Source: Deltaproteobacteria bacterium TL4
Lineage (GTDB): Bacteria > SAR324 > NAC60-12
DNA length: 64,000 nucleotides
Direction: 5' to 3'
NCBI GenBank assembly: GCA_051382335.1
Contig: JBBCAX010000094.1
Coordinates: forward strand, 20,462-84,461
A program made the position numbers and the translations under genes. Below are positions 56,314-64,000 of this stretch, one piece after another (the first letter of the stretch is position 1; every line of letters begins with the position of its first letter). Under the pieces are notes generated by a model that worked only from the letters and a program-made list of their open reading frames with translations, was not told where the DNA came from and did not search any database.

Positions 56314-58578
56314 CTAAATATTAAAATGTTCCAAACGATCTAAAGCGATCCAAAATCCTTCTCCGTTGTTTTTATGCCCTTGCCAGATTTCGGGAATAAA
56401 CGAGGATTCCGGTGTCGTTTTTTTCAAGGTTTTACTTAATGAATAAAAATCAATTTCGCCTTCGCCTATTTGCAAACCTTCACCATCAACACCCTTAGCA
56501 TCTACGATATGTAAATGCGCGGTATGAGGTCCCACTTTTTCGACAAACTCATCAAAGGACCACTTAAAATAACTACAGGCCAACTTGGAGTGGGAAATAT
56601 CCAGACAAATCCGGGAATGGTGTTTTTTACAAAAACGTGCGATTTCGTCGGGATCCATAAAAAGATTGTGAAAACGTTGTCCGCCAAAGAGCCATGGGAA
56701 TGGAGGCATGGTTTGGGGAATGAGTTCAACGCCCTCTGTCTTCAGCTCTGAGAGTGACCTCGATAATTGATCATAGTAGGGCTTTCTTTCAGAAGGAGGA
56801 AGGGCTTCGTCTTCAGTAAAACCACCTACATTCACGATAATCAGAGGTCGTGTGGCTCTCTTAAAAAAAGGTTTGATCGCCTTCGTGATATCAATCACCC
56901 TTTGTAATTCATGGACGGAACGTTGACGATAATCGTTATCAAAGGTGCAAAGGTTCAGCGTATGATCCCCTGCAAACAACTCAGGACTGTGTACCACAAA
57001 ATCAAGATCAAACGCTGTCGAAAAGTGACTGAGCAATTCTTCTTCCAAATCACTGTAGCTCAAATGAAATTCCAGCAAGCTGACGTTGGTCATACTTTGA
57101 ATCTGGTCCATGTCATGATAGCGAACAGGCAATCCCCACGGCCTTGAAAATTGAAAGTTTCGATGAGACACCTCTGTATTTTCCAAGTCTGTACGATAAA
57201 AGAAATCTCCCGCCTTGAAGTTTCGTTTCGCGATTTTGCCAATCAGATCTTTTTTTAGATAAGGCGGAAGTCCTTTGCCTGGACTTTTGATGTGGATCAT
57301 GGATTCTAAAATAACTTGTCCTTCTTTGAGCTCACAATTGATAACCAGACTTTTTCCAAGGGTTTCCCGATTAATCAGCTCTCCCTGGGAAATCGTTTTG
57401 ATCTGAGCTTGTCCCATTGCCGATTCAATCTCACGAATCCCCTCAACCATCTGTTTAAATTCTTCAGGAAGCAAACTCACCCGATGATCGTTACCTTCCA
57501 TCGTTTTATCAAGGGTAAAGTGTTTTTCAATCACTTTTGCCCCCAAACCGACGGCGGCAAGAACCACGTTAATTCCTCGTTCATGTCCTGAATAGCCGAC
57601 AAAACAATCACCCAAGACCTTCAAGCGGTTCATATACTGCAGTTGGATGTCTTTAAACGGCGCGGGGTAGGTTGAATTGCAATGCAGGAGGACATATTGC
57701 GCGCCGAGGTTGCGAAGTAACTTAACGGAATCTACAATTTCATTTTCAGTGGTCATGCCTGTGGAACAAATCAAAGGCTTCCCCGACCGAGCCAACCCTT
57801 CAAGCAACTCATGATTGGTAAAATCTGCGGAGGCGACTTTGTATGCGGGCATGCCATAGTTTTCCAACTGTAGAAAACTTTCCATATCCCAAGGGGTACA
57901 CAAGGGAATCAAAGCCAACTGTCTGCAGTAGTCAAACAATTGGAAAAGTTGGTCATTGGGCAGTTGAAACCGGGTCAACAGATCCAGGGTGTATTGTGAG
58001 CCTAAATCCTCTTGAATATCCTTCGTTTCGCCTTCGTTCTTGTACAAGGATTTTAAATTTCTCATTTGGAACTTGGCACAGTGAGCTCCGGATTCTTTGG
58101 CTTTTTCCACAAGTTTTTTAGCAAGTTCAAAATCACCATTATGGTTGTTCCCAATTTCCGCGACGATAAACGTAGGTGAGGCGTCATCCAGTCGGAAACT
58201 GTCAATTTCCAAACGTTTGGTTCGTTTTTTGGCAATAGCGACCAAGCGTTGGTGTTCGTTAAGGATGGGAACTAAGGAGATTCGTTCAGAAAAGATCGCA
58301 CGGATTTTATCAGGATTATCTTTGTCTCTCGCAAATTGAAAATTTTTGTTGACGAGACAGCGTACCGATTGCTCTAAACTGTGGTTTGCGATCCTGGGAT
58401 TGATCAACCAGCGTCTAAAATCTCCATCCGTCAACACGCCTTCCAACTCTCCACTCTGAGTTACCGCAAAGATGCATTGTTCCTCATTATTCTCAATTTT
58501 AATGAGAGCATTCAGGATGCTTTCTTCATAGTAAATAATAAATTTTGAAAGATTTTTATCAATAATCATAAGGCTCAT
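56314..58578 (-). CDS. Nonulosonate synthase (NeuB) fused to N-terminal CBS pair, SAF domain and C-terminal isomerase-like TIM barrel
   Basis: GVLTDGD.RR (CBS); AEIGNNHNG, KVASAD, LHCNSTYP, GYSGHE, IEKHFTLD; CLD.SH, HLHIVDA, PEIWQGH. Confidence 0.92.
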   Translation of the reverse strand: MSLMIIDKNLSKFIIYYEESILNALIKIENNEEQCIFAVTQSGELEGVLTDGDFRRWLINPRIANHSLEQSVRCLVNKNFQFARDKDNPDKIRAIFSERISLVPILNEHQRLVAIAKKRTKRLEIDSFRLDDASPTFIVAEIGNNHNGDFELAKKLVEKAKESGAHCAKFQMRNLKSLYKNEGETKDIQEDLGSQYTLDLLTRFQLPNDQLFQLFDYCRQLALIPLCTPWDMESFLQLENYGMPAYKVASADFTNHELLEGLARSGKPLICSTGMTTENEIVDSVKLLRNLGAQYVLLHCNSTYPAPFKDIQLQYMNRLKVLGDCFVGYSGHERGINVVLAAVGLGAKVIEKHFTLDKTMEGNDHRVSLLPEEFKQMVEGIREIESAMGQAQIKTISQGELINRETLGKSLVINCELKEGQVILESMIHIKSPGKGLPPYLKKDLIGKIAKRNFKAGDFFYRTDLENTEVSHRNFQFSRPWGLPVRYHDMDQIQSMTNVSLLEFHLSYSDLEEELLSHFSTAFDLDFVVHSPELFAGDHTLNLCTFDNDYRQRSVHELQRVIDITKAIKPFFKRATRPLIIVNVGGFTEDEALPPSERKPYYDQLSRSLSELKTEGVELIPQTMPPFPWLFGGQRFHNLFMDPDEIARFCKKHHSRICLDISHSKLACSYFKWSFDEFVEKVGPHTAHLHIVDAKGVDGEGLQIGEGEIDFYSLSKTLKKTTPESSFIPEIWQGHKNNGEGFWIALDRLEHFNI

Positions 58579-58602
58579 TTGGGATTGAGGAAGGAACGTT
58601 CT

Positions 58603-60516
58603 TTAGTTATAGAGTTCAATACCTTCGAAGGCCATATCTTCCAGTTGAACATGATAGACTTCCCGGTAGTGTTTTACCGTTGCAGCCAGAGCTTGCTCCA
58701 TATTGCCGATTTCGGCAATATCTTTCATATACCATTGAATAAAATGCCCAATACGCTGGGATCCCAATAAGTCGTCAAAATGATTCAACTCCCGTCTCCA
58801 TAACGATAAATCTCCTATAGTTGAGTCTCCTTGAGCGACTTTGAGAATAGCGTTTTTGAATTCTTTCAAAGAGGTATAGACAATTTGCTGCTGTGGCTGT
58901 CGATAGAAAGGGTGTTTCAACCACCCTGAACAATCCCAGTGGATCGCACGATAGCCTGAAATGCCGGCCAAAATACCCGCGGAGTTGATACTGAAACACA
59001 CTGAAAGATGGGTCTTTGCCGCAACCGTTAAGGCGGTTGTTAAAGGCGAGCAGACAAGCAGTCGTCCCTGTTCTACCAAAGACAGCATTTTGGAAATGAT
59101 CGAGGATCCTTGTAATAGAGGCGAAAAACTTTCAATATCCCTGTCTTTACTTTTGATGATCCCCGCCCACGTCGGATTTTCATTCAAAACATCCAACATG
59201 GCCAAGTAAAACTGAGATAACGATTCTGGAGACTGATGAATATTGTAGCAGGCTCCTGAGTCAAAAATAGAAATAATAAAATCATGTTTCTGACAAAACG
59301 CCTCCACTTCCTTACTTTTATGGGGTTCTGTAAAAATGGTTCCTGAGGGTAGAAAGAAACGGCTTGAAACCCCTTTGTTTTGAGTAAAATAAGCATTCAT
59401 TTTGCCCCACACAAAAAACAGATGTTGAGGCGTTAAGTGATTGGTTTGCAAATCGTAAATGTAATGCGACCATTGAAATCCCAACATCATTCCGCCCGCC
59501 GACTCTACGGCTTTTGCCTGAACCCCCTGTAACCAGGAACAATCCTGGTGCTGTATAAGGATCTTGACCTGAAAATGCCGGTATAGCGCTGAAAGGACCG
59601 TATGCAGAATCGTGTACTGCAGTTTATAGAAATGAAACCAAAAGGGCTGAGCGGTATTGATTTGAAATAGCTGTCGAATCAATAAAACCATTTGACGGTT
59701 AGGCAACTTCACCCAACGTTTTCTTCCGAGTAAATCCACCCATTTAAATCCGTACCGAAGACAGGTGTCTCTGGCTTGTTCTGTGACAGGAGCATCGGAA
59801 CGATCCATGTAGTAAACTAAATCAAAGTCAGCCGCTTTTACCGCAGAAGACCAAAGATTTTCCCTGCGGTCCGTGGCTTCCGCATGAAAATATTCAACCC
59901 AAACGGAGGGTTTGATCGTGTTAATGTTGGTGATTATGGGTTTCCCTTCTATCTGAGTGAGGACTAGCTGAAGTAACCGCGCAAAGGGTCGAAGAGGGGC
60001 TAAATATACAAAAAACTGGAGCGATTGCTGAATCTGAAAACCCCGTTTTTGGTAAAATTCCATGAAAATCGAATTAATGGGATTTCTGGCAATAAAAAGA
60101 GTGTGTTCCGCCTTTAATGAGTTCCTTTCAAATTCAACCATTGTGATGAAGGCGATGCTGGGGATCAGTTTTTCGGCCAAATAAGACTTCGTCATTTTTT
60201 GAAACCAGGGAGGTTCCTCACGGATATAACGAGCGCAAAAAGCATTAAGGCATTGATTGAGATTTTCATGAAGATAGTACGTTGCCGCGTAACCTTGTTC
60301 GTCTTTAGTGTTAAGCGTCAAGTTCGCGGGTTTAAACAATGTGAGCTGAAAATGCTTATTGAGAAAGATGAGGACGTAATGCGCCAAGGTCGAAATCTGA
60401 TGCTCATCATAGCGTATCTCAACTTTGCTCCATAGCAATCGTTTCAATAAAATCAGTATCTCCCCGACTCCTAATTTTTCCACCCAAATTATTTCCATAA
60501 AGTTATTCCTGTTCAC
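58603..60516 (-). CDS. Uncharacterised surface-polysaccharide biosynthesis protein (putative GT-B fold transferase)
   Basis: 637 aa soluble ORF inside the glycan operon; G.Q.SH, FFVWG, IIK.K and FDD..G..RI resemble GT-B-like capsule proteins. Confidence 0.55.
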   Translation of the reverse strand: MNRNNFMEIIWVEKLGVGEILILLKRLLWSKVEIRYDEHQISTLAHYVLIFLNKHFQLTLFKPANLTLNTKDEQGYAATYYLHENLNQCLNAFCARYIREEPPWFQKMTKSYLAEKLIPSIAFITMVEFERNSLKAEHTLFIARNPINSIFMEFYQKRGFQIQQSLQFFVYLAPLRPFARLLQLVLTQIEGKPIITNINTIKPSVWVEYFHAEATDRRENLWSSAVKAADFDLVYYMDRSDAPVTEQARDTCLRYGFKWVDLLGRKRWVKLPNRQMVLLIRQLFQINTAQPFWFHFYKLQYTILHTVLSALYRHFQVKILIQHQDCSWLQGVQAKAVESAGGMMLGFQWSHYIYDLQTNHLTPQHLFFVWGKMNAYFTQNKGVSSRFFLPSGTIFTEPHKSKEVEAFCQKHDFIISIFDSGACYNIHQSPESLSQFYLAMLDVLNENPTWAGIIKSKDRDIESFSPLLQGSSIISKMLSLVEQGRLLVCSPLTTALTVAAKTHLSVCFSINSAGILAGISGYRAIHWDCSGWLKHPFYRQPQQQIVYTSLKEFKNAILKVAQGDSTIGDLSLWRRELNHFDDLLGSQRIGHFIQWYMKDIAEIGNMEQALAATVKHYREVYHVQLEDMAFEGIELYN

Positions 60517-60519
60517 AAG

Positions 60520-61224
60520 TTATTGGGCAAATAAACGTCTCGCGAGTAATTCAGCGAACTCAAAATCAATAGGCTCATCAATATCTACCGAATGCTCTCG
60601 GGACATTAAATGGAATCCACAATCATCTCCAATGATTCGGTTTTTCTCCATCAAGACTGAGCGTCGACTGACATAAACAGCGCCATTAGGGTGATATAGC
60701 TTGGGTAATGATTGAAAAACGCCTGTTTCCCCTTCAATCGGAGATCCCTGGAACGGTGAGATCTTTCCCTGTCTTTCATGAAACATCCACTCCGGTCGTT
60801 CCGAAACTTCCTTGACGGTTATCGCTGAGTCGAAACTTGCGTCTTCTTCGAGGATTTTGATACAGGCATCAATATCTTCCGGTTGCACAAAAGGCGTCGT
60901 GGGCTGCATCGTAATTACTAAATTCACAGGGATTCCGGTTTGTTGCTCCACAAACCGGACCGCATGTTGGCTAACTAATTCGCTTGGCACGTCCTCAGCC
61001 AACTCCGCAGGTCTTGTAAAAGGGACATCCGCTCCACATTCTCTGGCGATTCTTGCTATCTCGGCATGGTCCGTGGAAATCACCAAACGATCTATTCTTT
61101 GCGACTTTAACGCGGCTTTGATTGAATAGCTGATCAAGGGTTGCCCATTCAAAAGTTTAATATTCTTCAGGGGTATTCTTTTTGAGCCCCCTCTCGCCAT
61201 AATAATACCTAAGTTCATTTCCAC
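60520..61224 (-). CDS. Acylneuraminate cytidylyltransferase (NeuA family), second copy
   Basis: ARGGSKRIPLKN, PF.RP.ELA.D, QPTTPF, NGAVY, DIDE..DF. Confidence 0.92.
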   Translation of the reverse strand: MEMNLGIIMARGGSKRIPLKNIKLLNGQPLISYSIKAALKSQRIDRLVISTDHAEIARIARECGADVPFTRPAELAEDVPSELVSQHAVRFVEQQTGIPVNLVITMQPTTPFVQPEDIDACIKILEEDASFDSAITVKEVSERPEWMFHERQGKISPFQGSPIEGETGVFQSLPKLYHPNGAVYVSRRSVLMEKNRIIGDDCGFHLMSREHSVDIDEPIDFEFAELLARRLFAQ

Positions 61225-61294
61225 ACCGTTTTATACAAAAGAACAAGTTCCAGAGCTTTCAATTTTCTGCTAATGAGCCTTGGAATACTGACCG

Positions 61295-62677
61295 CTATCG
61301 TTGATAATCCACTGAAATTTTACCAGAATCAAGCTGTTGAAGTTCTTTTAAGGAAGCATCCACTTTCTTGAACGCCTCCACGACTTCTTTCATATCCTCC
61401 AAAGTATTTGGAGCGTGAATATGATAAAACCAGAGACATTTTTCCTTGATTAATTGTTCTCCTACAGGACATAAACCCTTCTTATAATCAAGATGCTGAG
61501 GATTTTCGCATAATGAAAAAGGATATCCTTTGTCACCAAAGGCGATCTTTTTGAGGAAAAGTGGATTTTCATACAACAACCGGAGATATCCTGTGCCCAC
61601 AGGCATCCCTTCGGCCCTTAACGCCGCGACGATGACTGCTCTGGGAACACCAGCCTTTTTTGCGTTATACTGCCAACCCAACAAATGGGGAACAAATTTT
61701 ATATAACTTGGCGGTTGATAAAACTCAATCCATTCCAGGCCTTGTAACTGATGGAGCAGGTAATTGGTGTTTTGGGTTCGAATTTCATTCAATTTATCTA
61801 ATTTTCCCAACTGAACGCTTGCCAGTGCTGCCGTCATTTCAGTCATTCTGAAATTGAATCCGACCACATTGACCATTTCGGCAACAGAGTCGTTCTCGTT
61901 GATAATGGTTTCTCCATGATTGCGGATCAGCCTGCACTTTTTGGCAAGCTGTACATCATTGGTGATGATGACTCCGCCTTCGCCAGACATGAAATTTTTG
62001 GTTTCCTGAAGACTGAAGATTCCCGCATCCCCAATGGAGCCTACTTTTTTACCTTTGTATAAGGTTCCAGGCGCTTGTGCGCAATCCTCAAGCACACGAA
62101 GTTGATGTTTCCGGGCAATAGCGCAGATTTCATCCATCTCCGCAGAAGTTCCCAACAGGTGAACCAACAGAATGGCCTTGGTTTTTGAAGTGATCTTTTC
62201 TTCGATTTTCTGTGGATCTATGCATAAACTGTAAGGATCAACATCGACAAAAACAGGAATGGCACCGCAAGGAATAATGGCTGTTCCGGTTGCGGTAAAT
62301 GACATACACGTCACAATAACCTCATCTCCCGGGCCAATATCACACGCGGCCAACGCCGTTGTGATTCCAGAGGTTGCGGAGTTGACGGCAATGGCGTAAG
62401 CACTTCCGAAATACTGACTGCACCGGGCTTCAAAGGTTTTAACTTTAGGACCTCCTAAAAAATTCCAGTAATTAGTCGGAAACGTCTCAGCCTCCACACT
62501 TTTCATCGTCAGCAATTGTTTTACATCACTGCCTGGTCCGCCAGCATAGCGGGAAAATTCGTTATTTCTAAAACAATCCAAAACGGACAAAATCTCTTCT
62601 TTGTCAACATTCACTGAATTCTTAAATGGGGCTTTTCTTACGGGGTCGCCGCCGAAGAGTGCCAACTTCTTTTTCAT
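61295..62677 (-). CDS. DegT/DnrJ/EryC1/StrS aminotransferase
   Basis: LALFGG.PVR, NSATS, GPGDEVIV, EDCAQAPG, SLQETKNF.SGEGG, GFNFRMTE. Confidence 0.92.
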   Translation of the reverse strand: MKKKLALFGGDPVRKAPFKNSVNVDKEEILSVLDCFRNNEFSRYAGGPGSDVKQLLTMKSVEAETFPTNYWNFLGGPKVKTFEARCSQYFGSAYAIAVNSATSGITTALAACDIGPGDEVIVTCMSFTATGTAIIPCGAIPVFVDVDPYSLCIDPQKIEEKITSKTKAILLVHLLGTSAEMDEICAIARKHQLRVLEDCAQAPGTLYKGKKVGSIGDAGIFSLQETKNFMSGEGGVIITNDVQLAKKCRLIRNHGETIINENDSVAEMVNVVGFNFRMTEMTAALASVQLGKLDKLNEIRTQNTNYLLHQLQGLEWIEFYQPPSYIKFVPHLLGWQYNAKKAGVPRAVIVAALRAEGMPVGTGYLRLLYENPLFLKKIAFGDKGYPFSLCENPQHLDYKKGLCPVGEQLIKEKCLWFYHIHAPNTLEDMKEVVEAFKKVDASLKELQQLDSGKISVDYQR

Positions 62678-62694
62678 CCATCGCCTTTCGTGTC

Positions 62695-63681
62695 TTACCT
62701 GTTTTTAGTATAGTTTTTTACTTGATCCATGATTTTAATCACTTGCAAACCATCTTGCCCTTCACAGGGAAAAGAGCTTCGCGCTCCCTCACAATATTCA
62801 ATGATTTGTTGAACAATCGCAAGCAGCGTTGATTCATTTTCAATCGGTGTGACGCTTTCTTTTTTTGTTTCATTCAATTCTTTGTAGTGTGCATAGCGGA
62901 GACTCTCTTCATAAGGAAGGTAAACGCAACATCCTCCATTTTCTGTGACCAGAATCCGGCCTTCACTCCCAATCAGGTCGACTTCCAGAATCAATTCATA
63001 TTTGAAGCCTACCGTAATGAGGTGTCCCACAACATGTTTGTCAAACTGGAGCATCAAGTCATAAGACGGTTCCTGATCCTCAACAAGATCAGGCCGCTCC
63101 AAGACAGAAATGTTTTTGGGAACGCCTCCATAAAATAACATTAAATCCACCATGTGACTTCCGATAGCCCAAAAACGGTTTGGCGCAGAAACACGAATTG
63201 ATCGCAGTTGCCCAATCTTTCCTTGATCCAACCAGTTTTTTGCTTGCGTAAAGGTGGAAAACCAACGTCTTGAATGATGGACAATCAATGCGGTATTGGC
63301 GTTACCGCAGTGCCGAACCATCGCTTCCGCGTCTTCAACGCTCAGGGCCATCGGCTTTTCACACCAAATCACTTTCGGCGTAATGAACTCCAAGGTCGTT
63401 AGCACGTGTTGGGTATGAAATTCATGGGGAGTACAAATACTCAGCACATCAATGGGTACCGCTTTGAGCATCGTAGGTAAAGCAGAAAAGACGGGTACGT
63501 CAGGACAGCGATGCTGAAATGATTTCAAATTGTTTTCATCAATATCGCAAGCCGCGACAATTTTGATTTTTTCACTAAAATGAAGATAGGCGCCTGCATG
63601 TGACGAAACGACTTTTCTTTTTGAGTCTTCATCAAAACGAGAACCAATTTGTCCCAGGCCTACGATTGCCACAGGTATCAT
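62695..63681 (-). CDS. Gfo/Idh/MocA family oxidoreductase
   Basis: IVGLGQIG, ICTP...H, CEKPMA, GSH.VD; AGGA RBS before ATG 63681. Confidence 0.9.
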   Translation of the reverse strand: MIPVAIVGLGQIGSRFDEDSKRKVVSSHAGAYLHFSEKIKIVAACDIDENNLKSFQHRCPDVPVFSALPTMLKAVPIDVLSICTPHEFHTQHVLTTLEFITPKVIWCEKPMALSVEDAEAMVRHCGNANTALIVHHSRRWFSTFTQAKNWLDQGKIGQLRSIRVSAPNRFWAIGSHMVDLMLFYGGVPKNISVLERPDLVEDQEPSYDLMLQFDKHVVGHLITVGFKYELILEVDLIGSEGRILVTENGGCCVYLPYEESLRYAHYKELNETKKESVTPIENESTLLAIVQQIIEYCEGARSSFPCEGQDGLQVIKIMDQVKNYTKNR

Positions 63682-63942
63682 TCCATTCCTTCTTGCATGA
63701 GTCCCACGACTCTTTGATTTTAACGTTTGCTTTGATGAGCTGAGCCCACTTATGAATTTCATTTTTTTATCAAAATAGCAATGCATGAATAATACCTTCG
63801 CTAAAATTTGAGTTTTCTCAATCCTGCGCCTGTTAAGCTTTTGAAATCAGGCTTCAACTCCAATCAGCCTGCGAACCGGTTCCCTGAGTGAAGCGACTGT
63901 CTTGAAAGTCAAGTGGTTTTTAAGATATTTTGAACATAATTT

Positions 63943-64000
63943 TCATCCCAAGGGCAATTGTTTTTGGCCATTGAGTTTAAGATGATTAACAATTTTCTCA
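63943..64000 (-). CDS. Possible 3' end of an upstream gene cut by the window edge
   Basis: Open frame ...EKIVNHLKLNGQKQLPLG* ending at 63943. Confidence 0.3.
   Translation of the reverse strand, partial: EKIVNHLKLNGQKQLPLG

Overview
Bacterial chromosomal window with no rRNA, tRNA, CRISPR array, intact transposase or prophage visible. Gene style suggests a deltaproteobacterial-like lineage, possibly SAR324; this is inference only. The left half is mostly core and signalling genes: a cNMP-domain protein, a TPR/STAS-TerB/pilT/YbjN-like cassette, mreC-mreD-mrdA-maf without mreB or rodA, hom, ridA, an HD-GYP regulator, an OYE-like protein, hisE, a FATP-type acyl-CoA ligase, tlpA, plsC, groES-groEL behind two CIRCE boxes, metG, hemN and an orphan murG. 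The right half holds histidine kinases, two GT2 genes, a membrane-anchored WS/DGAT next to a dynamin-like GTPase, an MCP, an orphan RACo/AcsV-type corrinoid activator, and the 3' part of a nonulosonic-acid-type glycan cluster. That cluster has two oxidase/aminotransferase pairs, two cytidylyltransferases, a CBS-NeuB-SAF-TIM fusion and a radical SAM enzyme. The most striking non-coding signal is at least four unrelated miniature inverted-repeat elements, with TA flanks or exact 8-bp target duplications. Each carries GTAG/GGAG REP-type hairpin doublets as cargo, and they are stacked and nested at about 31.8, 36.2, 38.6 and 51.3-52.4 kb. A candidate terminator/antiterminator leader lies upstream of the acyl-CoA ligase. 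All product calls come from motif recognition by eye, not from database searches.
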